From a virus, in UHGV virus genome UHGV-0305822: DNA of 64,000 nucleotides. The stretch is one strand, 5' to 3'. The notes under the pieces are model-generated. The model saw only the letters and a program-made list of their open reading frames with translations. It was not told the DNA's origin and searched no databases. This document shows positions 38,107-48,950 of the stretch, one piece after another. The translations under genes and the position numbers were made by a program. Positions within the stretch are counted from its first letter, which is position 1, and every line of letters begins with the position of its first letter.

Positions 38107-38940
38107 ATGGGCGAACGTTTTGACATCAACACTATTTACAACATCGTGGTTAATCCTGGTCAACACCTGGAAGAAGTTAACGCACAACTGCGCGCTCTGA
38201 ATGAGAATGCAGTACAGTTCGATGCCATTTACACAATTGGTGTAAACCCTGGTACCAACCGTATTCGTGTAGAAGGTAAACGCCACACCGGTAATCAAGA
38301 ACTGGATATTGAAACGATTGTAGCGCCTATTAAGCTTACCGATGCCGTTTATAACGGTACGGTAATGCATACAGAATCTGTTCTAGTTTGCACGATCGCA
38401 AAATGTGTAAAACTCGTTAAAGGTTGGTCTAAAGAACGTGGTATTCTCGATAACGGTAAACTGGAAACCCAAATCACGAAGTTCTTTGAAGAGTTAGGTG
38501 AAATTGCGGCGGGTATCAGTAAAAACAAACCTGAACTGATCATGGATGGCATTGGTGATGCGTTGGTGGTTCTGGTAAACATCATCGAATTAGGGGATGC
38601 GTATTCTGGTCACCTTACAGTGGCAGAAGACTGCATCGAGTCTGGTCTACGCTTAAACGTGGAAGATGTAGCTGAAGTTGAAGAAAATTTAAACAACGCT
38701 GGATACCCACATCAACAATACCTTCACGCTATTGAAAGTTTTGCCACAACCTTTATGGAAGGTAAAGATCATGGTTTCGATTTCGTTAGCCTGGGTTTAG
38801 CCCATCTTGCCCGCATCGCCTTGTATTACAAACTGGATATTCGCCATTGTTTCTCTTTGGCCTGGCACGAAATCAAAGACCGTAAAGGTTATCTGAACGC
38901 CGACGGTATCTTTGTAAAAGAAGCAGACCTGGCGAAATAA
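38107..38940 (+). CDS. protein with C-terminal MazG-like nucleotide pyrophosphohydrolase domain (tentative)
   Basis: C-terminal half has FEELGEIAAG and IGDALVVLVNIIELGD, reminiscent of MazG/all-alpha NTP-PPase EExxE and DxxGD motifs; N-terminal 100 aa unassigned. Confidence 0.5.
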   Translation: MGERFDINTIYNIVVNPGQHLEEVNAQLRALNENAVQFDAIYTIGVNPGTNRIRVEGKRHTGNQELDIETIVAPIKLTDAVYNGTVMHTESVLVCTIAKCVKLVKGWSKERGILDNGKLETQITKFFEELGEIAAGISKNKPELIMDGIGDALVVLVNIIELGDAYSGHLTVAEDCIESGLRLNVEDVAEVEENLNNAGYPHQQYLHAIESFATTFMEGKDHGFDFVSLGLAHLARIALYYKLDIRHCFSLAWHEIKDRKGYLNADGIFVKEADLAK

Positions 38941-38945
38941 ATAAA

Positions 38946-39000
38946 AGTACCTACCTCCTCTCGGAGGTAGGTAGACTTTCTTATTTTTTTTTCTTTTTTA
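38946..39000. terminator. bidirectional intrinsic terminator between convergent genes
   Basis: tacctacctcctctcggaggtaggtag hairpin followed by a long T-run on plus and A/T-rich flank on minus. Confidence 0.65.
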
Positions 39001-39561
39001 AGCGCCTGGAACAATCCCAGAAGAGATATACGTCAAACCGTCAAGTTCAGTGACTTTAATCAACTTCGAAATATCCTTACCGTCAGACGGCAGCTCTGTT
39101 AAGTACACCTCCAGCCGCCCTGTCCACGCCAAAGATGTCCCATTCATGGTAATGATGGTTTTATCTTTGCTGTCTGGTGCAGCTGTTGGATTCTCAACTT
39201 CGTCGTCAGTAATCTGTAAATTGTACTTATTGCGGAAAAGCTGTAGTACCTCAGATACCGTAGCCGCATTAACACCCGCAACAGAAACTACAAAGTCACC
39301 TAAGAGGTGCTCTAAATCCAAACGACGATAAATAACGTCAATTTTACCAAACGTTTTCTGTTCAATAATTCCCTGGACGCTAAGTTGGGTATTTAATCGC
39401 GTAAATTGGGTTTCTGGTGTTTCTACCGCAGGAATATGTGACGGTGTACCAAAATTCAACTTATCGATTGTAATACCTTTCTCTACCAAACCAGGATTCT
39501 TTTTTACTAATAACTCATAAACCAGTTGTTTTCCTGATTTACCTAATAGCGTATTAGCCAT
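38998..39561 (-). CDS. hypothetical protein (possibly virion-associated)
   Basis: 187-aa minus ORF in an operon with the large minus-strand genes. Confidence 0.6.
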   Translation of the reverse strand: MANTLLGKSGKQLVYELLVKKNPGLVEKGITIDKLNFGTPSHIPAVETPETQFTRLNTQLSVQGIIEQKTFGKIDVIYRRLDLEHLLGDFVVSVAGVNAATVSEVLQLFRNKYNLQITDDEVENPTAAPDSKDKTIITMNGTSLAWTGRLEVYLTELPSDGKDISKLIKVTELDGLTYISSGIVPGA

Positions 39562-39577
39562 TATTTCCTCTCAAACA

Positions 39578-41749
39578 TTAACGTGCTTGCGGCAAGAAGA
39601 TGTTCGCGATCTGGCGTGCTGGAAGCACATCAAACGCAGAGTTAATAAAACTGCCCTGTGACCACGCAGATGCCCAGTTCTGCGCCCAAATACTTCCTTG
39701 GATCTTGGCACGCTCTATACCGTTCGTACGTTCGTACAACGTCGCTGCGCCCAAACACGCCATAAACTCACTGAATTTATTATCGTCGTCCCAAACACCT
39801 GTGTCTGTAACGATGGGCATATACATCACACGGGACAAATCACGGATGGTAACATTGATATCACAAGACAGTGGAACAGAATCACCTGGTCGCCAACCTA
39901 AACCACCCACACCGAATTGTAAAGACAAAGACGTTACGATAGCGTTACGGAACGAGAATCGACCTTGTGAGTAACACTCCAGATAAAACGGATGAGTGAA
40001 CGATTGCTTACCCGTCGCAATTGGACATACTGCGGCGATCCAGAAGGACAGTGGGACTAGAATTTCCTGGAAGATATCCAGGTCACTTCCAGACCACGCA
40101 CGTAAAGGTATTGTCAAGTTAATATCATCGCCTGAAGCATCTGAACTGTCCCACACCTCTGGGAAGTCAATGACGGATGAATTATATAACGACATAATCC
40201 CCGTTAGATGCAACGTATCTGCTAACCCACGCATCACTGACTTAAAGCCCGTAATTAATGAATCGACCGCATTGAAGCCGGTTTGCCCGCCAGACAAGTT
40301 TACTTCAAGTTGACGAGCTTTCGCCGTCATTGAGTTAACTGTGCTAGAAATCTCCGGTTCTTTTGTAGAGTTAGAGAACGAACGAGAGACGGTGTCCTTC
40401 CCATCGATTCTCCAGGTTACCCACTGAGAACCGTTGTAGATTTCGGACAGCGCTTGTGCTTTAATCCCTTCAATCTGTTCGCCAACCACTTTAACAAAGT
40501 CGCCGAAGAACGTCTCCATAGTCGATTCTTTACCTTTATCCGCCCAGGACTGTATCGTATTCTGTTGTCCCTCGGTGAGGTTACTCGCATCGGCATTTTC
40601 CAAATCCTCGTTCATTTTGTTTTGGATTTCTGCCGCCTGCGCCTCTAGGTCGCTTGCTGTTCCCCCAGTTTGTAGCCCGGAACTAAACGCATCGAGAACC
40701 CCTTTTTCCAGTTCATCAACACTATTAATATCTTTGCCAGACGCGTCTTTCGCCGCATAGCCACCGCGCTCGGATGCAGCTAACCGCTCCATGTCTTGCA
40801 AAGAAACTTCGTAATTTCTCACATCGTCAGAATACGAAGCCGCACCATATGTGCTGTCTAAATAGAAATTTCGTATCCGCTCGGCGAGATCGTCGTCACT
40901 TGAGGACTGCTTACGAAGTTCTTTTAAACGTTGATTCTGATAGTTCGCCAGAGTTTGATAACGGTTGATCATCTTAAAGACATCGAATTCACCGTCTTTT
41001 TTCCAAACCTCCGGCAACGCTTCAAACGCATCATCGCGTGCTTTTTTGTTCCCTTTTCCATCGCCATCTTGACTAACCTGGAAAGTACCTAAGATACCCG
41101 TGGGAACCAAACGACGATAAACAAGTTGCGTATTCAAGATGTTCTGTACAGCACGTAAATACAGATGCATCGTCGGTTTAACGTAATAGTAACGCGACGT
41201 TTGTTTATTCAACGCTGCCGCGAGAATACGAGGGGTAATTAAAATTACCGCAAAAGCAACAGTGCCTACAGTGGCCCATATCGCTGCCGCGCCGATATAA
41301 CTTGCTATCGTGCGGATCATTCCCGGATAATCACCCGTACGCGCTAAATACGCTAAGTTGGAATCGTACATATTCGCAAAAAACGCGGCCATACCCAGAT
41401 ATTTCGGCTTGCCGAAACGACAATGTACGTAAAACGAATTTTGGTTAATACTTTCGTAATAATACGTCCCTAAGCGATAAGAAGCGGTTGGCATACCGTT
41501 AGCCAACGCCTTTTTCTCCGCCTCACGATTACCGGGTCGTGCAAACGCCCCTGTTGATGGGGGGTCTGCAAACCACGTAAACTGCGGAGGGCTATTAATC
41601 GCTTTGCTACCGCCCATGGTCGTATCTTCAAAAGACATCATACCGTTAGAGTAGCGTCGCAAGGCCAGAAAACGTTCATCTCGGCCTTCCAACTCTCCCT
41701 TAAATAGATTTCTGACCCAGCTTGAGTCGTTAGCTGATCTAGCGTCCAC
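39578..41749 (-). CDS. large hypothetical protein with internal hydrophobic segment (possibly virion-associated)
   Basis: 723-aa minus ORF, GTG start after agagg; hydrophobic stretch IASYIGAAAIWATVGTVAFAVILITP. Confidence 0.6.
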   Translation of the reverse strand: MDARSANDSSWVRNLFKGELEGRDERFLALRRYSNGMMSFEDTTMGGSKAINSPPQFTWFADPPSTGAFARPGNREAEKKALANGMPTASYRLGTYYYESINQNSFYVHCRFGKPKYLGMAAFFANMYDSNLAYLARTGDYPGMIRTIASYIGAAAIWATVGTVAFAVILITPRILAAALNKQTSRYYYVKPTMHLYLRAVQNILNTQLVYRRLVPTGILGTFQVSQDGDGKGNKKARDDAFEALPEVWKKDGEFDVFKMINRYQTLANYQNQRLKELRKQSSSDDDLAERIRNFYLDSTYGAASYSDDVRNYEVSLQDMERLAASERGGYAAKDASGKDINSVDELEKGVLDAFSSGLQTGGTASDLEAQAAEIQNKMNEDLENADASNLTEGQQNTIQSWADKGKESTMETFFGDFVKVVGEQIEGIKAQALSEIYNGSQWVTWRIDGKDTVSRSFSNSTKEPEISSTVNSMTAKARQLEVNLSGGQTGFNAVDSLITGFKSVMRGLADTLHLTGIMSLYNSSVIDFPEVWDSSDASGDDINLTIPLRAWSGSDLDIFQEILVPLSFWIAAVCPIATGKQSFTHPFYLECYSQGRFSFRNAIVTSLSLQFGVGGLGWRPGDSVPLSCDINVTIRDLSRVMYMPIVTDTGVWDDDNKFSEFMACLGAATLYERTNGIERAKIQGSIWAQNWASAWSQGSFINSAFDVLPARQIANIFLPQAR

Positions 41750-41765
41750 GTTATACCTCTAAAAA

Positions 41766-41790
41766 ACGGGGGTAGTTTCCTACCCCCCTG
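41766..41790 (-). terminator. minus-strand hairpin with U-tract between the giant gene and the downstream gene
   Basis: gggggtag...ctaccccc stem; on the minus strand it is followed by gtttttt. Confidence 0.4.
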
Positions 41791-41796
41791 TTGTTA

Positions 41797-44700
41797 TTAC
41801 GCTGATTTACGACTAACGTCGAGTTGCGGCACGGGTTGAGTTATTGACACGTTACGTGACGCCGAACCCGGAGCGGTTGACGCCGGGTTAGCCGGACCGT
41901 TTTGCATAGCCTGTGGCCGCTGACGAAGAATTGTTACAATCTCTTTCAGATAGCCTGCAGACTCTTTTGCAACCGCCAGCTGTTGTACACTGATCGGATC
42001 ACCACTGTTCACTGTGGAACCGGTCTGAGCATCGGAAGTCACCGTTGGTGCAGGACGGGCCGATTTCTCCATCTGCTGTCTAGCACCCTCTTTTACTTTA
42101 GCAACCTCTTCTTCGGCCAGGCCGTCAGCACGTGCATTTTGACCCACCGTCTCTACAACAACTGACGCATCACTCGGCGTGACATCGCCACCAGGACTCG
42201 GCACAGCCGGACCACCACCCGTTGCAGCTTTAATATCTTCAGCACCCATCGCGCCTTTGTCTGCTAAAGCGGAGTCACGATTCGCTTCGTTCGCGGCTGG
42301 CAGGTTATCTGCCGGGCCTGTGATAGACGGATCGTTAGCAGCGCCTGCAGCGATAGCCGGGGAAGACGGCATTGGCGTTACGCCTGTCGTCAAGTCTTTC
42401 AGCGATGCCTGGTTAGCCGCGATCGCGTTTGTTCCTACGGCACCAATCTTACCACCCATGATGTTGAGCACTTCATCCAAACTACGCAATTTTCCATTCT
42501 TGTAGAAAATTGTGCTGTTTGCCGCGATTTGATCGGCCGACGCACCACGCGACGATGGGCCGTTCGGATCACGCTTCCATTCTTGCAGGAATTTCTTACC
42601 GCCACCTTGTCCTAAGAAGTGGTAGAGGTAAACAGCTGCACCTGGAGGATCGATACCACCTAAATCCTTTCTGGCTTTCTCGATATTATCACGAATATGA
42701 CGGACGCCAAGCAGAGCATTCGCCCACGGGTCATACTGGTTAGTTTGCGGGATACCATAACGTCTCGCATAAGCTTTCATCTGCGCACCCCAGGTATCGT
42801 TGATGAACTGGAACAAGCCAGCCGCAGAACTTCCTTTAGCTTTGATACCGTATCTAAGCCCAGATTCTGCTTGTGCCATTCCCAGTGCTAACGCTGGAGG
42901 AACACCCATCATCTTCGCTACGTCTGTAATCAGTGCTGCAACCGCATTCAAGTTAGGCTTCAATCCGTCACCCAACGTTGAAATTGGATACTTAGCCGCT
43001 AACGTTTTATAGTCACCGTCTTGCATATCGCCAAGTTTCACGCCGAAGTTACCGGTAGTAAATGCAGCGTAATTCTTAGCTCCCATCTGACCGTAAGCAC
43101 CGGCCAAATCGTTTGGTGTGCCGTAATTCCCACCGTCGTTTGCCGCTGGTTGCAATAGGTCACGATAAGAGGAGGAGGTGTTCATCTGTGGTCGAGACGG
43201 TTGCTCCTTCTCATCGTCGGTCAAGAACATCTGAGTCGCGCGATCTTTTCGCTGCCAGTTCACACGGAAACCCGCAGAAGGCGTAGCACGCAGCGTTTTA
43301 CGTACTGCCAAATCAGCTTCCTTAGACAGTTCTTTCAGGTTCTCTAACTCCGTTGCAACTGAACCGGCGTCGGTGTTAGCGTCTCCCCCTAACGGGTTAA
43401 ACGGTACCTCCCACACTGACTGACGAATACCCCCTTTCAGGTTGTATGCACCACGCATCATCAGTGCGATTTCATACAAGAACCCACCCGTAACGCGTAG
43501 GTCCATCGGATCGGCAGCAGGGACATAACGTTTCACCCCAACCACGTACGTCATGAAGACAGGTAAGAAGCGGTTATAGAACCAGTTCTTGTACCGATCT
43601 TCTTTTGGCCCACCAATGGCGTCAGGCGCAATCACCGCAATCGCACGTTTCCAGTCGCCTTTATACGTACAGCTTTTCACATCGGTGTCTTGCAACACTT
43701 GACGTTCCAAGAGCGTATATAGGTTACGGGTTGTTTGAGTAATGCTCACCGCACCATAAGCTTTCAACCTTACGGACTCCAAATCACGGAGATCGGTTTC
43801 TTTAGGTAAACTTCTCCAGTCGACTTGAACCTGAACTTGTTCGGTGCCGTCTTCCCAACCTTCAACTTTCGCAACTTCTTTGTTGCGTTCCGCATCCGCT
43901 TGAGCCAACGCTTGGGTCGATTCTGCCACAGAAGCAACTTTGTGTCCTTCGGCCACACCGCCTGTAGCATTTACATCCTTACGTTTTTCATCACGACGCA
44001 TGTTAATCGAACGAAGCACGCGTTCTTGCGCTTCAACGACTTCTTCGCCTGACAAAAACTCGGCCGGGGTAAACGTTACGAAATCCCACGCTTTAGAGAA
44101 CCAACCTTGGTTAACCTTGCGGGGATCTTCTAATGCACGGAATGCAGGCGCATCTTTCGACATCTTCATTTTGTTGAAGATATTCAACATGTCTGCCTTC
44201 GACACTTTCGCAGGATTACCGACATCTGCTAACGCGATATCATTATCCATGGATTTCAGTGCTGTAATCCAACGTAAATAGATCGGCACAAAACGTTGTA
44301 GCATAAACGCACTAAACGCCAGCATTTCGCCTTTGTCTTCTACGTTAGTACCAAACCCTTCGGCCAGTTTCTTCACGTCGTCACCGGACAAACCACGCAA
44401 CTGTGCTTGACCATTCTCTGTATAAGAGATATACGGTTTCAAGTTGTCTTCTAAATAACGTGCTTTTGCGCCATCATCGGAAGACCATTCGTCGTGATCT
44501 CTAAATCCGTACTGTGCCAATCGCATGTTATCCAGATACTGGGCATTCACACGGGTTGCAGTTTTATACGCAAACCAAGACAACGCAGCGCCTGCAGCAA
44601 CCAAACCGATAATCGGCCAGCCAACCGCAGTTACCACTGCAGATGCTGCCGTCGCGACAGCACTCACCGCAGGAACAGCCAAACGGGTCACAGCAAACTT

Positions 44701-47700
44701 ACCAACGTTCCACAACGCTTTACCTGCAAACCCAACCGGCTTAAAGATTCCCCATTTTGCGACTTTACCTAAGATTGAACCCACTGTGCCTAAAATACTC
44801 ACAATCGGCCCTACCAACGGCAGTCCTTTAAGGAAATCCATTACCCCACGTTTACCGCCTTTCTTCTCAGCCTCTTTCTTAGCCTTTTCCTCTTCCTTAG
44901 AGCGACGACGGCGTCGGAAGAACTGGAAGTAATCGCGTTTTTCATCACTGGCAGGTGGCTTGTTACGTTGACCGAACTTACTGAACATGGTTCTTAACAA
45001 ACCATCCGAAGCACCTGCTTTTTCCGCAGAATCACGCATGGTATTAAACCACGACATTTCCTGAAGATTAACCATTCGGTTCAGGCGTTCCAGTAAAGCC
45101 GACCCAACGCTACGGGCTTTCTGTTTCCCTTTATTAATCACACGTCCAGCGCTATCCGTTACGGTGTCTAAGTCTTCTTTTGCCGCATCGATGATACGTG
45201 TTTTAGACACCTTGCCTCTTGCGTAGATGTGTTGACGATAAAACTCAGCAACGTCGTCATCGCGTCCTGCTAAACGACTCTCCATTCGATAACGTGTTCC
45301 AATGTCGTAACGCGGATCACGGAAGGTATCGACCATATCGCTTGCACGACCACGGAAACGGTCAAACCAATCACGTGCTGCACCACCCCAACGAGAAAGA
45401 CGACCACCTACCGCACTACGGTAACGGGACATTCTGTCACGCATCCGACCACGCCAATCCCGGAACCCTTGAAAATGTTCACGGAATCCTTCGCGTATGT
45501 CCTTAGCACGTTGGAATAATCCTTTAACTGAACTGGCCCCCGTATTCCGCTCCATCTGTTCTGTCCAGGTGTCATCTTCAGGTTCACCTGGCAATCTCCG
45601 GTTAAGGAGTTTGTAGATACGGATTAGGATGTGGTTAGTTTTACGGCCATTCGACCACGAGAACACACTAAACCCACCACCAGAGCCCCCTTCCTTACGG
45701 TTCTGCCACCAACGTGTCAACGGATTATCAGAAGCCAACTCTTTGAGCTTCTCAAACCCACGTTTTGCATTGTTCCACAGACGAGCTGGCATTCCCGTTA
45801 CACGGGAAATCATGCTTTGTAAACGGGTTTTCTCTGCGCCCTCTGGAACCTCATTTAACCACTCGCGTGCTTTCTCGAACAACGAAGCCGCTTTAGGCGA
45901 AATGAAACCCAGAAGTTTCTTCGGTAAAGTCACAGCTTTGTTTACCGCCGTTCCTGCCTTCCCAGAAATGTACTGGAAAAGCGCTTGAACTTTACCGCCT
46001 TTGTAGAAACGCAGTTTACCTGCGGCAGCCAAATCAGCAGCAGCTAAGATTAAATTACCCGCCTCGTCGACGATGTCACGTCCCAGTTTAATATCGTCGA
46101 GAGTTTTAAGTTGAATCAGCTTCTCAGTTTTCGGGTCAGCCTGGTAATATTCCCCAGCTTCTAAACGACTTCCTTGTAATACGACGTTACCACGTTCATC
46201 GTAGATGTCGCGAACACCTAAAACGCCTTTACCGAAAGCTACAGCAGAATTCCAACCGGTCGATAATGTACCGGTTACTAACCCTTTCAGTCGGCTAAAT
46301 ACGCCGGGACCTTCGGAGGAACCGCCTGAGAATTTCCCACGAATAAAACCACCTAATGCTTGTAGGCGATCTTTCCCACGTAGGAACAGATTCTTACCAA
46401 ACCGTCCTACACCTGAACCGGTATCCCAAAGCACCCCAGCCCAGCGACGTAACAAACCTGTCTCGCCTAGTACAATACGTTTGCGCTTACGACGACGTTT
46501 ACGACCCGATTCACTCGAACTTTCAGGTTCGTCACCGTCATCACGGCTACCGCCTAAACTGGCCAGAAGAATACCTTCCTCATCCATGTTCTTAACGTGT
46601 TTGAGGATATCTTGCACTGTGCTAGATTCAGGCTGTTTACGTACCGCATCAATCAAACGATCGAATTGCTGCTCCAGTCCAGCGTTCGTATCTGGACGGC
46701 TGCTTAAGAGCTCAACAAAGTTGGTGGATTTCTCTCCATAAAGTACAGCAGCGAGTTGACGGGCGCTTAAACCGCGACCGCGACCACCTTTTCCACCACC
46801 ACGTACGTTAGACAGTTCTTTGTCTTCAAAGCTCGGCTCTGCACCTGCACCCATCCGACGCAAGTAATCACCCAACGCAGAACCATTTTGCAGCTTACGT
46901 TGAATCTCTTGCTCACGGGTTAACGAACGACCAGAGCGGGTCTTACCCATCGACAGGTCGTTAAATAGCGTATAGGGATCGTTAATGTCCTTATCGACTT
47001 CGAAAATGTCGTTCTTCGCATCGTATTTAAAAATGCCGGAGTCGCGAAGTGCGTTCTCGCCGTAAATCACAGACGCAGCATCAACCGTGTCTTGACGTGC
47101 ACGAATCGTTGACTGGATAGCGGCGATTTTGTTTGAAATCGCGTTGCTCAGTTCATGGTGACCGCCAACCAGTTCCGCAGAACGGGCTTCTAAAACACCC
47201 TGAATCGCTTCCACAGCGTTTGCGTTCATGTACCGATACATGTGCATCGGGTCTTTCAATAAAGACCCTACATCGAACGCTTTCCCTTCTGAGGCACGAG
47301 ACTCGATGTAGTCCGCTAACGCTTGACGTGTTTTCCTATCGAGCGTTTTATCTTTATCGATAAAGTCGACAGTGTCGTTGATGTACGTCTGTAAACGTTT
47401 GCGCTGATCGTCATTAGCAACGGCCTTACGTACACGATTACCAATGACTTTACGATCCACCATACCGCGCGTGGTCAGGTCATAAACCTGATCGTGGTGT
47501 TCGCCATACCCACGACGAATAGATTTGTTAATCTCGGACAGTAACGTCGGAATAACTTCGGTGATACTAAGGTAAGCTTTACGATCGAATTTCGCCGCGG
47601 CAGAAAGAGATTCCGCAGAACGATCGTCTAATGCTAAGGTTTCGCGACGTAGCGGGTTAACTAGCCCCAATTCGTGCATTAGTCGAAACAGATCAGCTAA

Positions 47701-48921
47701 CGGACCGCTTGTTTCTCCCGCTATTGCCGAGTTAGAAATAGACGACAGATTTCCAAAGCCATACTTCGCCAACTGTAGGCGTTTCATGACTTCTGGGTTT
47801 TTCTCTAACTCGCCACGGGTCCAGTTCTGAAGACGTTCGATCTGTGGTTGTAAGAGACGTTTTGCTAACCAACCACCTGCAAAACCTGCCGCTTTATTAC
47901 GCGAGTTTGTGTTACGACGGTCAGGAGACAACGATGAGCTGTCCGACATGTCAAAGTCATCTTCCTGAGCCATCCCTAGAACTTGTTCTAGAATCCCACG
48001 ACCATCACTAAAGATGTTCGAGATTTTCTTCTTCGCGTTTTCGCGAATCTGACCAATGAAATTGTCTGCGTAGTGTAAGGGGTTCATCCACTCCGCAGCT
48101 TTACGTTTTACATTAGCCCAACGAATTTCAGAAAACTCTTCCTTCGCGTAGTCCGGTAGTGCTGTGTTCTTAACGATGGCTTCTAATGCCGGGGTGTTGC
48201 GTGCAAACTCGTCTTGTTTGAGTTTCGCAATATCCTGCAAAGCGAACAATGTCCGATATTGCAGCTCTAACTGCTTACGCTGAACATTCAACAACACGCC
48301 ACGACTTAAGCTAGTCGTTAAGTTGACGTCTTTCGCAATACCGATTACGGTCTGGAACAGCGCGTCGGACTTCATGTCCTTAATCGTGTCGCGCAAGCGG
48401 TCTTCAACCATCCCCTCTTGCATCTCACGTTGCTGGTCCGCTGTTTGCGGTGCACCTGAGAACACGCTGTCCAGCTCACGATCCATCATCGCCTGTTTAG
48501 GATCGTAATTCCCATAGTCGATTTGATCGTTACGTGCCCACTTGTCGATTTTCCGTGTTACGGATTCCGGTAAATACCGTTTCAGTGTTGGGCCTAACTG
48601 TCTCGCTTGCATCTTAACGACGCGAGACGTCTTTTCAATCTCGTCTTTCGTATGGGCCAGAATGTCTTGACCTGCGGCTTTAACGTTTTGATAGCCTTCG
48701 TAGGCTTCTGCCGCAGGTTTAGGCATCCCTTTTAAAATAACCTGATCACGTTTGTTTTCGGGCCAGATAGTCGACAACGCCGACTTACGGGCAGCACGAA
48801 ATGTGTCCATGACCGGGTTACGCGATTGGTCTTGTTGACGAGGGGGCTCATCAAAATCGTCCCAGTCGTCCATGTTATCAAGATCGATTTCATCGAAATC
48901 ATCTTTACCTTTTTTAGCCAT
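41797..48921 (-). CDS. giant virion-type protein (2374 aa) with C-terminal-region SLT lytic transglycosylase domain
   Basis: SLT motifs ...LGMAQAESGLRYG...AAGLFQFINDTWG... encoded at about 42560..42930; internal hydrophobic cluster; poly-basic tracts (SGRKRRRKRKR, FRRRRRSKEEEKAKKEAEKKGGKRG); size and domain order as I recall for phiKZ gp181-type proteins. Confidence 0.8.
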   Translation of the reverse strand: MAKKGKDDFDEIDLDNMDDWDDFDEPPRQQDQSRNPVMDTFRAARKSALSTIWPENKRDQVILKGMPKPAAEAYEGYQNVKAAGQDILAHTKDEIEKTSRVVKMQARQLGPTLKRYLPESVTRKIDKWARNDQIDYGNYDPKQAMMDRELDSVFSGAPQTADQQREMQEGMVEDRLRDTIKDMKSDALFQTVIGIAKDVNLTTSLSRGVLLNVQRKQLELQYRTLFALQDIAKLKQDEFARNTPALEAIVKNTALPDYAKEEFSEIRWANVKRKAAEWMNPLHYADNFIGQIRENAKKKISNIFSDGRGILEQVLGMAQEDDFDMSDSSSLSPDRRNTNSRNKAAGFAGGWLAKRLLQPQIERLQNWTRGELEKNPEVMKRLQLAKYGFGNLSSISNSAIAGETSGPLADLFRLMHELGLVNPLRRETLALDDRSAESLSAAAKFDRKAYLSITEVIPTLLSEINKSIRRGYGEHHDQVYDLTTRGMVDRKVIGNRVRKAVANDDQRKRLQTYINDTVDFIDKDKTLDRKTRQALADYIESRASEGKAFDVGSLLKDPMHMYRYMNANAVEAIQGVLEARSAELVGGHHELSNAISNKIAAIQSTIRARQDTVDAASVIYGENALRDSGIFKYDAKNDIFEVDKDINDPYTLFNDLSMGKTRSGRSLTREQEIQRKLQNGSALGDYLRRMGAGAEPSFEDKELSNVRGGGKGGRGRGLSARQLAAVLYGEKSTNFVELLSSRPDTNAGLEQQFDRLIDAVRKQPESSTVQDILKHVKNMDEEGILLASLGGSRDDGDEPESSSESGRKRRRKRKRIVLGETGLLRRWAGVLWDTGSGVGRFGKNLFLRGKDRLQALGGFIRGKFSGGSSEGPGVFSRLKGLVTGTLSTGWNSAVAFGKGVLGVRDIYDERGNVVLQGSRLEAGEYYQADPKTEKLIQLKTLDDIKLGRDIVDEAGNLILAAADLAAAGKLRFYKGGKVQALFQYISGKAGTAVNKAVTLPKKLLGFISPKAASLFEKAREWLNEVPEGAEKTRLQSMISRVTGMPARLWNNAKRGFEKLKELASDNPLTRWWQNRKEGGSGGGFSVFSWSNGRKTNHILIRIYKLLNRRLPGEPEDDTWTEQMERNTGASSVKGLFQRAKDIREGFREHFQGFRDWRGRMRDRMSRYRSAVGGRLSRWGGAARDWFDRFRGRASDMVDTFRDPRYDIGTRYRMESRLAGRDDDVAEFYRQHIYARGKVSKTRIIDAAKEDLDTVTDSAGRVINKGKQKARSVGSALLERLNRMVNLQEMSWFNTMRDSAEKAGASDGLLRTMFSKFGQRNKPPASDEKRDYFQFFRRRRRSKEEEKAKKEAEKKGGKRGVMDFLKGLPLVGPIVSILGTVGSILGKVAKWGIFKPVGFAGKALWNVGKFAVTRLAVPAVSAVATAASAVVTAVGWPIIGLVAAGAALSWFAYKTATRVNAQYLDNMRLAQYGFRDHDEWSSDDGAKARYLEDNLKPYISYTENGQAQLRGLSGDDVKKLAEGFGTNVEDKGEMLAFSAFMLQRFVPIYLRWITALKSMDNDIALADVGNPAKVSKADMLNIFNKMKMSKDAPAFRALEDPRKVNQGWFSKAWDFVTFTPAEFLSGEEVVEAQERVLRSINMRRDEKRKDVNATGGVAEGHKVASVAESTQALAQADAERNKEVAKVEGWEDGTEQVQVQVDWRSLPKETDLRDLESVRLKAYGAVSITQTTRNLYTLLERQVLQDTDVKSCTYKGDWKRAIAVIAPDAIGGPKEDRYKNWFYNRFLPVFMTYVVGVKRYVPAADPMDLRVTGGFLYEIALMMRGAYNLKGGIRQSVWEVPFNPLGGDANTDAGSVATELENLKELSKEADLAVRKTLRATPSAGFRVNWQRKDRATQMFLTDDEKEQPSRPQMNTSSSYRDLLQPAANDGGNYGTPNDLAGAYGQMGAKNYAAFTTGNFGVKLGDMQDGDYKTLAAKYPISTLGDGLKPNLNAVAALITDVAKMMGVPPALALGMAQAESGLRYGIKAKGSSAAGLFQFINDTWGAQMKAYARRYGIPQTNQYDPWANALLGVRHIRDNIEKARKDLGGIDPPGAAVYLYHFLGQGGGKKFLQEWKRDPNGPSSRGASADQIAANSTIFYKNGKLRSLDEVLNIMGGKIGAVGTNAIAANQASLKDLTTGVTPMPSSPAIAAGAANDPSITGPADNLPAANEANRDSALADKGAMGAEDIKAATGGGPAVPSPGGDVTPSDASVVVETVGQNARADGLAEEEVAKVKEGARQQMEKSARPAPTVTSDAQTGSTVNSGDPISVQQLAVAKESAGYLKEIVTILRQRPQAMQNGPANPASTAPGSASRNVSITQPVPQLDVSRKSA

Positions 48922-48950
48922 AACGTTTAATCCGTATCAGGAGATTTAGC

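Noticed and set aside
41902-48508. Numerous plus-strand ORFs of 60 to 178 aa inside the giant minus-strand gene
   Set aside because: They lie antisense to a continuous 2374-aa ORF with a recognisable SLT domain; compositions are Arg/Ser/Pro-rich as expected for antisense frames; no SDs.
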